A stretch of DNA of 64,000 bases, taken from Paramecium tetraurelia (Eukaryota). Positions 39,331 to 54,562 of this stretch are shown one piece after another (position 1 is the stretch's first letter; each line of letters starts with the position of its first letter). The notes below the pieces were generated by a model. That model searched no databases. It was given only the letters and a program-made list of their open reading frames with translations, and was not told the origin of the DNA. Position numbers and translations under genes: made by a program. Location of the stretch: assembly GCA_000165425.1 (NCBI GenBank), contig CT868038.1, positions 62,001-126,000 on the forward strand, given 5' to 3'.

Positions 39331-39395
39331 TAATTTTTAATTTTTTTATTCAATCCTCACTTGGAAGCCATTATAAATATTTATAAATAAATTAA

Positions 39396-40185
39396 ATGGA
39401 TTCTGAAGACTATCATTTCAAGTTCCGCATCGTCATTTTAGGTACCATTTTATTGTATGTTAAGGTGAGAAATCAGTTGGAAAATCAACCTTTTTAGATG
39501 GTAAATTAAATCATAAAATTTAAAGTATTGGCAATAACTTTTGGTAAGATAATAGAATAGGAAGCATCAGATGAATTAAATTTGAAGGTATCACTCTGAT
39601 TTAAATAATCAAAGACTGTTGGCTACATGGATGATGACACTCTCTACAAGATAGCCTATTGGGAAATACCTGGGAAGCATCGTAGTCCTGATACCTTCTT
39701 TCGTTTCTGTCTTGGAGCTACAGCAGCCATCTATATGTTCGATGGTAAGTGAAACATTCATATAAATAGTCTCAAAAAGATAAACATTTGAAAAGATAGA
39801 ACATTGGATAACTGAAAATGAGAAAACTGAGATCCCTGTCAAGGTTCTCATTGGAAACAAGATCGATCTCTATGCCAGTAACAAAGGAGGTGTATCAAAG
39901 TCAGAAGCCATCGGCATGGCTCGTAAATACGGGATGGAATATTTTGAAGTTTGGTAAATTATATAAATTAACACTAGTTCCATTGGGGATACTTCAATTG
40001 CCCCAGTTTTTGATTATCTCATCTCCACTATCATAGGGTAGATTCCAAACCCACCCACTCCGTTGTCCTTGATGGGAAAAGGCATCCTGATTGGAAAGAG
40101 ATTACTCAATTCGTCCAAATATCAATTGGTAATGAAAGATTGTTAACAGTAGGCACTTTGTGATATAGCATCACTTTATGAATGA
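39396..40185 (+). CDS. Atypical Rab-like small GTPase
   Basis: After removing six tiny introns: FRIVILGEKSVGKST, WEIPGKH, AIYMFDVS, LIGNKIDL, YFEVCS; no C-terminal prenylation motif. Confidence 0.85.
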
Positions 40186-40199
40186 TATTAACAATAATT

Positions 40200-43100
40200 A
40201 TGTATTGCGGTTTAAATAACTTGGGTAACACATGTTACATGAAATTCTCTCCTCCAAACTCTCTTTATGACTCGTCAATTTAGAGAGGCTCTTTTTAAGT
40301 GGAAGTATGATGAAAACGAAGCATCCCAAGAGGGAAAGACTGTATTCCGTATCAATTATAGTATCTGTTCGCCAAGATGCAAGAAAGGGCGATGAGAATA
40401 GAGCAGCAGATGCTAGAGGTTTGGTGAGATCTTTTCAATGGGATCCACAAGAATCATTTGCTTAGCATGATGTTTCAGAATTTTGCAGAGTACTGTTTGA
40501 TGCAATCTAATAATCAGATGATTAGGATTTCATCACTCGTCTATATCAATCTTGCTCATAATCCTACGTGCAATGTTTAAAATGCTAATAGGAGAGTGTG
40601 CAGAATGAAATTTTCTTGGATCTTTCACTCACTGTCAAAAGTGACTTTTTAAATGTTTACAACGAGTCACTTGAGAGAGCACTATACTATTATATAAAGC
40701 CTGAGAAATTGGAAGGAGATAACAAATACCTCTGCTAAAATTGCAATGATAAAACCGACGCCAACAAAGGATTTAGATTAAAATCACTATCGGATATATT
40801 CACCATTCAATTAAATCGTTTTGAGTTTGATATGAATACATTCGAGAGAAAGAAGGTCAATGATTATGTTTCCTTCCCCTTTGTTTTAGATATGAACAAC
40901 TTTCTCAAACCATATGATTAAATCCTCATTGAAGATCATCCAGATCTATTAGAAGAAAGAGAGAAATTGAAATAGCAATATGAAAAAGAGAAATTATAAA
41001 GTTGCTTCAGTGATCCCTTGAGAAGAAAGAATAGAAAGCCTTCTCCAGACGAGAGAGAGGCTAGAAGGTCCATTTCAATGACACTCCGCAAATAGTTCCA
41101 CCTGATGATAAAGCCTAATTCAAAAAGTAATTGCTTGAAGCACATTAAGAATTCTAACAAAAGTTTTAAAGTCTAAAATCAAATAATACTTCTCAAACTC
41201 AATTTACTTCTTAAACCATACCAAATAATCCGAATTTAATTTTGACAGCTGATGAAGCCTATGATATTGATAATGATTTTCTATTTGGAGGCAATTTGGA
41301 TGGACTAGGCGATCTAGGAGAAGGCACTGCTGCCAATACAGTCAAGGCTATTAAGGAAGTACAAGGAAGTGTTAAAACTTAGAATTATGAGGAAAAAGAT
41401 ATTCAAGAAAGAATTGAAAATGAATCACACAATTTATCAATTAAATAGAAGATCTAAGAGCTGTTGCAAAATGGACCAAATGTTTACGAATTATATTCAG
41501 TCATGATTCATTCAGGAGGTGCATTAGGAGGACATTATTATGCATATATCAAATCTTTTGAAAATGGAGATTGGTATTGTTTTAATGACTCTACAGTCTC
41601 AAAAATATCATGGAAGACAATCTTATCTATGTTTGGAGACAAATATCCAAAATACAATATGGGAAGTAGTGCTTACTTCTTGATGTATCGAAGAGCTGGT
41701 GAAGAACTAAGCACTTAAAAGCCTGAAATTTAAGAGCATTTGAAAGTAGCATTAGCTAAAGAATTGCAAGAATAGAAAGAAAAAGAGGAGAAGTGGGAAA
41801 GAGAAAAGAAAGAAAGGGAAATGGAATTAAAAATTAGATGTTTCTATAAAAATAACGATGCTGTTATAAAAACAAGGAAAGATACACTTTTGAAGGATTT
41901 CAAATAATTAGTAAGGCAAGAATTGAAAGTATAAGAAGATGACGAGAATACAAGAATAAGATTCTTTAATCATATTGATTCAATTCCTTAAGATACATTT
42001 ACAAATAAGGAGAATGAAATTCTGCAAGGATTATATTTTAATGATTACAAATCTGTACTTTTAGAAACCAAAGCTCCACATGAATAATTCTAGGAGTACG
42101 ATGCTCATTTAATGTTGATAAAACTATGCGTTTGGAGAAATGATATTGAGTCATTGGATGAACATGAATTGAAGCCTAATAAGTTTTTCATAAGGGATGA
42201 TAAAACGGTTGAATAATTTATGGATGCTATAACTCAACGATTAGGAGTACCCAAAGATAAATAAATAATCTTACAGAAGAATTTAATTAATGGAGCCGCC
42301 AATTATTCATTTAGAATGAATTAGTAACATTAATTAGAATACACCCTTTATGATCTTAAAATCGGAAGAAATGTGACATTGTATTTGGAAGAAAAGCAAG
42401 ATGATCCTGATCTTCCATTAAATTGGGATTAAAAATTTGAATGCGAAAAACATAAATGTCGAGTGACTTTTAATGATCCCAGAAAACAATTACTACACTC
42501 AGAAACTCCTGATTATTGTTTTGAATTGTAAATAGATAATAGAAAAACAATGTAAGAGTTGAAAGAGAGAATGAGTGATTTCTTGGGTTTGGATATTGAT
42601 TCATTCATTTGTTAAAAAGAGTAATAGATATGGGGAAGAAATAAAAGATTTGACTACTACAATAAAAAACAATTAAGCCATAGGTCGAGCTGCCTTTTGT
42701 CTAATGATGGGTAAACCTTCCACTAAAGGGACATACAAAATAAAGTTTGGCATCGGAGGTCTTTCTCCAAAATACTCTGATACGATTGAATTTGAATATT
42801 AAGACTTGTTCGAAATGGAAATCAATTCAGAATGGTATGTTCGGGAACTCAAAGAGAAACTTTGTTAAAGATTGGAGGAATAAAAATAAATTGTGTTACA
42901 ACCAAACTTTATGAGATTGAGATACAAACTAAATACAAAACTCAGCTAAATTTATCATAATGATTAAATATTAAAAAATATACGAATCTTTGATAATCAA
43001 ACTATTATTATTGAAAAGTTGGATAAGGAAGATTAAATAAAAGAAAATTAACTATTAGGATATGTGAGATTTTATAATCCAAAAGACTTTACTCTTTCAT

Positions 43101-43713
43101 TTCCTCCTTAAGAGATATTTTTGAATAGCACTGACACTATGCATGATGTATCAACTATTATTTCAAGCATGTTTAATATCAATTAAGATGCAATTGAAGC
43201 AATTAAAATAAATAATATCTTCAGTTTTACAATTACTGATTTAGTGACTGCAAGCTTTGATTGGTAATTACTTAAATTCAACTAAAATGTCGTCAGCAAA
43301 AGTCCATGGTTCCTTTTAAAAGATTCCTATTTCATTATGTATTCTACTATTTTATTATTATTTTAGTGTTCGAGATGCAAGAGAGGTTCCAAAAGATATG
43401 ACTGAATTAAGATAAAAAGTAGATTAGATTCTAGCCAAATCCTCGGATCCTTCTAAAATGCAATAAAAAATACCTCCTTAATCTACAAAACCAAAGGAGA
43501 AGGCGTTGAAAATCACAGTCGTTAAGTATTGAAAGTAGTTATTCTTTTAGGAAATAAGATGAATTAGCAAAATAGGAGGAGTTATAAAAATAATAAGATG
43601 ATCTAAAAGAAGAATAACAACTTAAAGAGGACGAGAAGGAACAGCCACAATAAAAAGATGAGAATTAAGATAATACAAATGAGACTGCTAAAACTGAATA
43701 ATAATAAGATTGA
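40200..43713 (+). CDS. Ubiquitin-specific protease, USP47/USP40-like (frameshifted at the 5' end in this sequence)
   Basis: GLNNLGNTCYM, QHDVSEF, QLNRFEFD, His box IHSGGALGGHYYAYIK..WYCFNDS, AYFLMYR, long C-terminal region; about five single-base frame breaks at 40240-40390. Confidence 0.88.
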
Positions 43714-43747
43714 GAGTTCTTTAATACAATATATAGATAAATTTAAT

Positions 43748-45080
43748 TCATATTTCAGTTTATTTAATAATATTAAATTCTTATTCTATTTAGACGTTTG
43801 TGTCTGCTTACTATTCTTTAGACACTACAGTTTGAAAGAAAGGATGCTTTAAAGCATCTTCAACTTTAATTCTCTATTTTGGATGTAAACATAGGAGTTT
43901 TGATAATAAATCTTCTGCATTGTCATCAAAGCCTTCCATGTTTATTATCTATTTCCATTTAATTGGCTTAGTTGCTGTGACTGATGGTAACTTTAAATCG
44001 TATTCTTACATTATTAACAAATAGTACCAAACAAATCGCAAATTTACCTCACTTGTTCAGATCCAAATAAACTTGCTAATTCCAAAATAAAGTTAACATA
44101 GAAAAAATTCTTAGTTGGAACCGGCTTATTTATCATTCTAACATTACTAAATAAATTGTATTTCTTAGTTAAAAATTATAAAAATATAACTCCAACTGCC
44201 CACATGTCCACCTCGTAGGATTGATCCTATTTAAACCTATTTATATATTATACATGATAATGTAGGATGCTTTCTAATGGCATAAAGCTTTCTGTTCCAA
44301 TCTTATTTTATCCAATTTAATCAATAGTTTTCTGAATTTCATTATATAAATTAATCTTCCTTCTAATCTCCTGAACTTCATCTGATTAGGGATTCTTATA
44401 TAAATATTTTCATAAGTTCTTACTTTCTTCGACAAATCCTTTTCCTTTTCAATCAACTTTGCTACAAACGACCTGTCTATCTCGCTGAGACCATAATCAA
44501 TCAAAATTCCTTTACAGGTTTTGGGATTATAAAGAAAGTTGCCAGGTTTCACATCTCGATGGTAGATGCCATTCTATTTCAAAAGATTCAAAGCCTTCAA
44601 TAATTCATAAAGATATTTTCTTATTTGCATCATGTCAAAGTTTGCAAAAAATGTCTTATTAACCTAAAATATGTACTATAAATGGTTTAAAGGTAAAGTA
44701 TTCTATTACAATGTAGATTTTTTGATCCTTCAAAAATAGGTTCACCAACTGAGGCATGTTCTCCTTACCATACACTAATTTTAAAAATCCAATCTCTGCA
44801 AAAATCAACTCTGGAGACACAGTTGAAAAATTAACCTTGATGGCATATTTTTTTGTTTTGTCAACCTGACCCTAATTGAGTCCAAGACTAAGTTTAATGA
44901 TCATTTTTTATACGCTTTGTATACCACTCCATAACCTCCTCTTCCCATCTCCCTTACAACCTTATAATTCTACTTCAGGTAGACCTCCTCATCGATTGAC
45001 TGATCCATATAATAACGATCGTTGGAACAAGGAGTTACTTTGACTTTTGTGCTTGAGGACTTTTTGTTATTTTTTTTCAT
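43748..45080 (-). CDS. CDC7: CDC7-family protein kinase
   Basis: GRGGYGVVYKA, YAIK, HRDVKPGNFLYN..GILIDYGL, then an insert and KIGTESFMPLE; end approximate. Confidence 0.8.
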
Positions 45081-45099
45081 TAATTATAGAATATATAAA

Positions 45100-46722
45100 T
45101 CATTATTATTTGTCATCCAAACTCATATCCCCTGAGTTTAGATGATAAAATCTAATTTACGACTTTGGTTTGTTCACCAATTATGACAACCCTGCATTAG
45201 TACTCGCAAGATGTGATAATTTATTAATTTCCAAATCTCTATCCTTTATGGCAATTTAGAGTTGATCAACTGCCTTTAGTAGATATTTAATCTTTTCGCT
45301 GTCAGTTATCTTTTGCCCTGGAGAAACACCTTTGATATATTATTGAATTATGTACCTTAAGGCTAAATTTAACTGATCAATACTGATTAAGGCAATTAAC
45401 TAATACTTGATTATTGATGCATTTACTAGGACATCAACTCGTTGTTTTCTTTTAATAAGCGATTCTCTCTTTTTAATTGTTCATTTTCCTTTTTGAACTC
45501 CTCCCTCTCTTTTTGCATTTGTTGACATAAATCTAATTTATACTCAATTTATTTCCTAACATCATCATCGAATCTTATGATATTTCCATTCTCCATCTGC
45601 AATTTCAATTCATTTAGTTCTCTGTTCATGTTTCTTAACGATTCTTATAATACGAAATTCTAAGCTCTCAATTCGCTGACTTGGTTATTCTTTTCAAACA
45701 TAGTCAATTAAGTTTGGTTCATTAGATTCTATTTATGAGTAGCTATCAATAATTCTGCATTTTATAATTGCAATTATAAGGTATTCACTTGATTTTTCAG
45801 TTGATCGGTGATTGATTCATAGTTCATTCTTTCAGCCTTATATTATTCATCATATAATTATTTATAATTTTCAACTTCTTATTTGATTTAATTCTAAATT
45901 ATAATTTATAATTTTTTACAGCAAATTTCGTCTCAGCATCTTCTATAGTATAGCCATGCATGTCACGTAATACGTCGATCTATGCTTCTAACTCTTTTTT
46001 TTCTTGAAGATTCTAATCCAACAAATTCGAATAATTGACTCTAAGTACATCTAAGTCTATTTTCAATAATTCATAAGCATTCTTAATTTCCAACAATTCA
46101 TTTATTTAATCTGATTGATCCTTAACAACCTTCTATAGTTGTTAATACTCATAAATATATTTTAATTTTTCCTCCTTAACAACTCTTAAGGCTTGGTCCA
46201 AATGATAGGTTTATTATAAGCTCTTCTATAATTCTTCAGTTTTATTAATAAATTATTGTTTGCCTGCTTATATTTCTTGATCTTTGATTTCAATAATTTA
46301 ATTAGTTTGCTCTAACTCATTTAAGACTTTATTGAGATTTTGACTAAGTTCCTACGAAATCATTATAAGAAATACTTATTTCTGAAGAGTTAACTTTTGA
46401 ACTTAGAATGCGTATTCTTCTGACTCAATGCTCTTCTATTTTAATCTATCGCATAAGTTATCATATTCTTAATTTAACTAAATATATTTAATGGGCTTAC
46501 AATTGAGTTAGATTGCTCCATTTCTTGTAATTAGTTCTACAAGTCTCTATTATGTTCCTTAAGGACTTCCATTTCTTGTGAGGCTGTTCCAAGAACATCA
46601 GTAAGTTTTTCAACTTCATTAGTAAGTATGTTAACTCTACTATAACACATATTATGAATGTCTGTAGATGTAGAATCATCAAGTCTTGATGTTTTATGTT
46701 GAGGAGTATTGCTTAACTTCAT
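45100..46722 (-). CDS. Long coiled-coil protein
   Basis: MKLSNTPQHKTSRLDD...; continuous heptad pattern; ends ...DDKQQ*. Confidence 0.7.
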
Positions 46723-46865
46723 ATATATTTTTTATTTATTTTTATTTGTTTAATTAATTTGGTTTATTTTTATTTAAATGAAATACTCTTATTAATTTTA
46801 TAAATATTGATGTCTACATTTAAATTTTGATAATACTAATAATATTAATATAAAAATAAATAAGC

Positions 46866-48156
46866 TCAAAAATAATTACCAATTCCATCATCCCATGTGT
46901 TTAGTAAATAATTGTATTTATATTTATGAGGATGATATCCTTAATTCTTACTCATGAATATTTCACTCTAATATATGAACCACTCCCAGAATTTTATCTT
47001 TATCCATCTTAAAGGAGTGCCCGTTTTCTTGTAATCAATTTGCCTAGTCCTGAGTTTAGTATCATTGTAGATATCCATAAACATTTTAATTTCGTTCTCA
47101 TCCTCCGTAAGTATGTTAAACTCATGATTCAATTTCCAACTCCATCTGTCATTATTAAACGAGCCATAAAATAGCTGTTTGTTATCAAAAACATATCCTT
47201 TCATATGCAACAACTATTCAGGGAATTCATAAACTTTGAGATTTCTGTGAATGACACCTTAAAATAATATTCGATTGAAGGCATATCTGTACACAGGCTA
47301 ATCTCGTTTGTCTGCTGTTATTATCTCCACCTTCACTCCTCGGTCCATTGCTTCTCGTAGATGCTTTTCAAAGATTCTAACAGAGTAATAATAGGCCTAA
47401 ACAATTTTAATGTTGTCTTTTGCATTTTTAATTGATTCAATAATCTGAGTTTGAATTTGTCTATTAAAAGGGGGATGAGTCTTAAAGAATTCGTAATAAG
47501 GAGGGAATGCATTAAATGTATAAAGTAAATCCTCATTAGGTGTAGGTTTGTGTGGATTCAATTAAATTTTATATAAACTGGCCAAATACATGAAGTGCTT
47601 TTAAAGATTGTACGATAAATGTCTGCCCTCCGTATAGGTGTTGATATCGTGAAATGTCTACTTGCCCCATTTCACACCGCCATAATGAGATTCAATATTT
47701 GAAGTACCAAATATTGCCTTATGGTCAGCCACTGCCATTTTCTCATGATGTCTTCGGAAGAACTCTTACCCATAAATCTTAAAAGCACTCAAAGGGTTCA
47801 AATTCAAAAATACACCTCCATAAGATTGAAATAATTTAGTTAATTTGTTATTATAATGTCCTTAAAGATCATCCACAAATAAAACTACATTAACTCCTCT
47901 TTACTATGCGTTAATTAATTTATAGAGAGTTATGTTGGCTGCCAAACTCTTGTCCATTGCATAAGTCAAGATCCAACAATATGTCTTTGATTCATCAATC
48001 ATTTGCCATAATTTTTCTTGCATAATTATTATGTATACAATAAAACTCATCTCCGTCAGTAAACAAACTTAAGTGAGGAAACTAATATTCTTATATTTCA
48101 GGTGACAACTATTACAATGTTTTCAAGGCATTGTCATAGAATTCTTAATTTAACAT
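46866..48156 (-). CDS. Phospholipase D-superfamily (bacterial-type) cardiolipin synthase-like
   Basis: Two HKD motifs: RRHHEKMAVADH..FGTSNI and LHMKGYVFD..YGSFNND; also RGVNVVLFVD and AMDRGVKVEII. Confidence 0.88.
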
Positions 48157-48412
48157 TATTTAAAAGTTTAAATAATTATTGATTAAATATAAAATTAAGA
48201 AATAACTTAAATAAAATAATCACAATATAAAATTATGAATAAAGTGATGAAATCAGATGTATCATTTCATTTACTTAAATTCTTCGAAGTAGAAAATCAT
48301 TATCTTTCTGGGTGTGTGGGTTTTCGATTTTATTACTTGAATTATACACCCAAACAATAAAATTCCATAGCTATTATAATTATTTATTTTCTCAATTAGA
48401 ATAAATATTTAA

Positions 48413-48985
48413 ATGTATTAGAATACTTTTTCATTATCTAAACTTTATATAAATAAGATCCTAAACTTTTATAAATTGTTAGAAATTATACAATATTATT
48501 AGAGATCTATTTAATTCTTTTGAAAGTTTTATTAAGAAGATGAAGTTAAAATTCTAAAATGAAGAATTTCTTTGATTATATTATAACAATAGACTTAGGA
48601 TTGTTTAATTTTGAATTACTTAAAATCTTAAGATATTCATTCTCAAAAAGTGAGCATCTACAAACTTAGAAACCTTATTGTGAATAATAAAAGAAGAAAT
48701 AATTTAATCTAAATATTTACTTAAAAATTCAGCTAGATTAATAAATAATTTTTCATTGTAAACTCATGATGTTAATTTACCAGATGAATAATTTTGTCAA
48801 GCCAACAACTGAAATAAGGACTTCAATTAAGAATCTAAATTAAAGTAGAAATAAAATGATGAGGAAATGATGGTCATAATTGATAGAGAATTTAAAAGGT
48901 TTTTGTGAGATAAATCTAAGTAAGAATTCTTAAGATTCCAGAAACAATAAAATATTTAAATGAAATATTGTTAATAGTAATAAAT
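48413..48985 (+). CDS. Possible small hypothetical gene or remnant
   Basis: Coding-like Glu/Lys/Gln-rich stretches within an AT-rich spacer; I could not resolve a clean frame. Confidence 0.25.
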
Positions 48986-49209
48986 GAATAACTCTAATAC
49001 TTTTTCAACTTTACTTTTGTTTTAACATCTTAAGATTTTCTCAAATCTAATTCTGCCAATTCTATTTATTTTAGAATTGTGTATTTTCTTTTTTATGGAT
49101 TTTGTTTTAGTTTCATATCTCATTGAAGTAATATTAAGGAGTTTGTATAAATGTTATGAATGGATGGGAATTTTAGTATTTTATAAATGTACACATATTT
49201 AATATATTA

Positions 49210-50200
49210 ATGAAAATAACAATCACAGATTTGAAAAATTTGTGTAAATTTAGTCTGGCAAGTGGGAATGCAGTGATTCCATTTATTTCATTCATGTATT
49301 TGGGAGATGAAAACTTAGTCTCGTTGAAGTCATTTTCATTGATTTCTGGATCACTCTTTATGGTATTTAGCTGTATTATTATTAACAGGCTATGGCAAGC
49401 TAAGCTTTTAATCAAGTAATTGAATGGAAGTAGGATAAAATAATGACACGCACTTGTAATCGTCCAATTCCAATCCAACGACTTACTCGTTTGTAAGGAG
49501 GTATGATAGGATTTGCATTCTATGCAGCCTCTAATCTCCTGATGTATAATGTATATTTATTAGTGATTTAGTACTTGCCAAGCAATGCTGTGTTAATTAA
49601 CAATTTGATTTTCTTTTCTTACTTGGGAATCTATACAACTTTGAAAACAAGATCTCCTGTCAATACTTTAATTGGAGCAGTGATTGGGGCACTTCCAGTA
49701 GTTTTAGGAGCTGCTTGTGTAGATAATGACAGTTTGTATAATTTGGGAATGTGGGGCAATTTCGGATTCATGTTTTCATGGCAAATCAATCATTTCTATG
49801 GAATTTACTGGAAATATCAGAAGGATTATTTGAGAGCAGGATTCAAAATGGTAAATGACAGTGCCGTTGCTAGCAAACACATGAAAATCTGTTTAGGAAT
49901 AAATGGGTTGAGTTGGTTTGGAACTGCATCCCAGCTTTCTTAGCCAGAATTAAAATTTATCAGTTGTATCTCAGGATTATTGTCATTGTATTTTTGGAAT
50001 TATAGAGCAATCAAATTATTTGAAGTGGATCCTAATAAAAATGTATGAAAAACAAACTTATAAGTTAGGCAAACTATCTTAAATAAGCCTCCTATTATTT
50101 TTTTTTAGTCTACTATACTTTATTGTTATTGGACATAGGAATTAAGAGATATTAACAAAAATAAATACATTGAAAACCATTATAAAAATAATTAATATGA
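49210..50200 (+). CDS. COX10: Protoheme IX farnesyltransferase (heme O synthase)
   Basis: After a 26-nt intron: AFNQVIEWKQDKIMTRTCNRPIP, YLGIYTTLK, GAVIGALP, WQINHF, DYLRAGF. Confidence 0.92.
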
Positions 50201-50208
50201 TGAATAAT

Positions 50209-50905
50209 TCATTTTCTTAGTGTTTTTTGGCATATAACAAAAGCCTCATGGTATTGTTTTAAGTCATTCTTCATCTAATGGTAATCGAAGTTCTGATGAT
50301 CGCATTCATCTTACATGTATTTTGTAAACACTAAATCAAACCACTTATTTACCATGATGTTATTAATAGGAGGACTTCTTGGCATTTGGATCCGATTATT
50401 ACATTTGATGTAAATCATTAATATGATCATATTGGATACGTGCCTTCATGTTTCTCTCATGTTCCTTTTATGCCCTATGAACCTCTTAACTAATAGGTAT
50501 AACTGTTTACCATCGACAGGCAATTTTCCTCCTTGCTATTTTATTGTTTTTATTTTTTGCATTTTCTAATCCTAAATCTACATCATCTATTTGGTTGCAG
50601 ACAGATTCGTATGAGCTTTATCAAATCCCAGATGAGTTGACCCAGTTATCGGCAATACTTTATCACTGCGCTCAAAAGGTAGTGGTTCTTGTGGATCATT
50701 GGCATGTCGTTTCTAGTATTCCTCCTCAGCCAATATTGCAGGGATTTTATCTGGATCATGTCCTTATTCCTATTTGAAGGAAATTATAGAAAAGAATAAA
50801 AAATACCTCCAATTTATCAAATTCAGAATTGTATTTGTTGGCTCTCTATTGATAGATTTTCTATTTAACAGCCTTGTCAAGGTGTGCTCCTATCCCTTTA
50901 CTCAT
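50209..50905 (-). CDS. Hypothetical protein
   Basis: MSKGIGAHLDKAVKQKIYQQRANKY...; tiny introns; ends VICQKTLRK*. Confidence 0.6.
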
Positions 50906-51429
50906 TTATAATAAATATTTATATTATTATTATTTCAAAATCTAACGTTTCATAAGAGATGTTCTATTACACATTATTGAATTAAATATAATTTGATAAA
51001 GGTTGACTAAATCCTCTGCCTATTTTTGAAATAGAACGTGTAAATGTATCTGATGAGAATTAACCTAATTCTTATATTTTGTGTTAACAAATTTGAAATT
51101 AATTAATGGAATTTGAATTCACAATTTCCAAATTAAATAGAATAATATGAATTTATCTATTAAACCAAAGAAGCAAAAATCGTTCCATAAAAATAGATCA
51201 AAATTTAGACATCCTTTAAAAATCAAAAATGAATGGCTTTAAATAACTTAATATCTTATATATTTCCTATCAGAGTTTCTTTATTTAGAGAATCAAAAAT
51301 GTAACTATCATTTTCACCTAAAAAGCTATTATTCTTTAAAATCTACAGTTGTATACAAAATACAAAGAATTAAAGTGTTTATAATTAATATTCCTAACTT
51401 ATAAGATTAATATAAATAATTAATTATAA

Positions 51430-52106
51430 ATGTCTCAAAAATTTAAGTCCCCTATAATTATATCCAAAGTCCAACCGAAAGTACTCTACAATACCCAAGA
51501 GTATTAAAGAACTCATATCTTAGTCTCAATGTTAAGGTCGTCAAAGTCTTTAGTCCTTTTGAATATATGCATTACCTTCAGAGAAGACAAGACTACATAA
51601 AAAAGCAATAAGAACTGATTGCCAATCTTCAATTAAGCAAAGAGAATTATGATAAATTGACTTTTTCAGTTAAATAGATAGGAGTTACAGATGATGAAGG
51701 TAGAGTTGGTTCACTTAGCTAAAGAAAATATCTACTCAAATCTATGGAATCAACCAGACTCTAAAAATCAGAATCTATCTAACAATCATAAACTGATAGA
51801 GTTCAATATCAATTCAGGGCAAAAGCATTACCAAGTAGTCGAAGAGAAAAAACTAGAATGTCTCAATAATAATCCAATATCAATTTTCTAACCCTTCCAG
51901 AAAGATCAGAAACCCACATTGAATTCAAGACAAGCACCATTGATAAGATAATTAAAAGATCAAGATAAAAAAAACGATTTCCGCTAAGTCAACCTTAACC
52001 ACCAGAGGTTGCATTTGCTAAATAATACTAAAATTAAAAATATTTATCATATAGCCGGTAGCTATAAGAATTATAAGGAACATTGGAATTCAATAAATTG
52101 TTATGA
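51430..52106 (+). CDS. Hypothetical low-complexity protein
   Basis: MSQKFKSPIIISKVQP...; Ser/Pro/Gln-rich; end approximate. Confidence 0.45.
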
Positions 52107-52122
52107 TTACTATATGAAATTT

Positions 52123-53198
<1,076 letters not shown>

Positions 53199-53223
53199 TT
53201 TAACACGTAAATTAAATTACTAA

Positions 53224-54376
53224 TCATATTAATTATTATGATGGAATTTCTTCAGGTTCTTTGATTGAAGGTTAGGGAGTTGAGTGTTTAATTTAGATAG
53301 CATAAGATGCTGGAGGCACTAATAACTTGTTATCATGGCTTTATTGACATAGTGATAGTATTTTGTATTTTAGTCTCCCTATGACTACTTGTTCATCTGA
53401 GATATTCTTTCTTATTTCGCCATCAATTTCATCCGAAATCCTAGCAATTATATTATCCTTTAGAGGATGTGTGTGTATGTGTGAGTAACTCTCACAATAT
53501 ATTACCTCTCCTACTTAAAACTATGAGATGAAATCACATAATTACTTCTTCATTTTATTTGATCTTTTCTATGACCACATAGATTGATGTAAAATCTTAG
53601 CAGTTGAATCCAATTATGTTTTCCAGAAATTCATTATATTCTAAAGGTTTGCTTTTGCATAAACATTTTTAATCTGAAAATACGGAGCATTAATAAGTTG
53701 GAGTGTTTTTACTCATAAACGAGCAATTCTTTACTCCGAACAATTCCATCTCTTATATTATGATCATCATAAACTTAGTCTGTTTATTTATGGTTGATAG
53801 GAATTTGAAATTGCCAAATTTGCTCTTGTTGAATTTGTTATTCGTCAATTTATTGAGTATTTGAAATGTTTTTTGATCTTATTGTTCGATAAATTTTGTA
53901 GTGTGATACTTCTACATTAATACAACATCACTCTAATGCTTTCGATATTCCTTGTCATGTTTTTTAGCATCAATAACAGGAGGTAAATTAGTAATTCTAT
54001 TTGCTAGACTACGATTTTCTTCACTAATTCGCTTAGTATCAAAATTTATTTTAGCGTATTCTTTTCTTGATTGATTATGTTGAGATCTGGTTTTGCTAGT
54101 TTGAGGTTACATAATTTTCAGAATTAGATGCTAATTCACTCTCTGTTGTTCAAGAAAAGCTTCTTAATTATAAAATTTAGAAACTGTTTTAATCATATTG
54201 TGCTTCTCCATTAATTTCTTCATTATTTTCTAATCTTCCAATTTTGGATACTACAATAATTATTAATCGACTACCTATTAATTTATCTCCTCTAATTTCT
54301 TTTTATGGAAATCATAGATTCTCCCTTTATTTTTCTCCTAATAGATGTCTTTAACTATATAATTATTATTTTTCAT
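53224..54376 (-). CDS. Hypothetical protein
   Basis: ATG at 54376 followed by long Gln/Lys-rich ciliate-code frames with tiny introns. Confidence 0.5.
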
Positions 54377-54562
54377 ATAATTTTAATTTTTAAGATTATT
54401 AAACATTATGTATGTTTAGAACTAACATCTCATCAAACATTTTCAACTCAATAGCAATCGAGTATAACATGTATCAAATGGATGAGCAAAATTTGATTCA
54501 GTAATTCTAGTAATTTCATTGAAAATTATCAACCAATTATTTTTAATATAATTAAAAAATTA

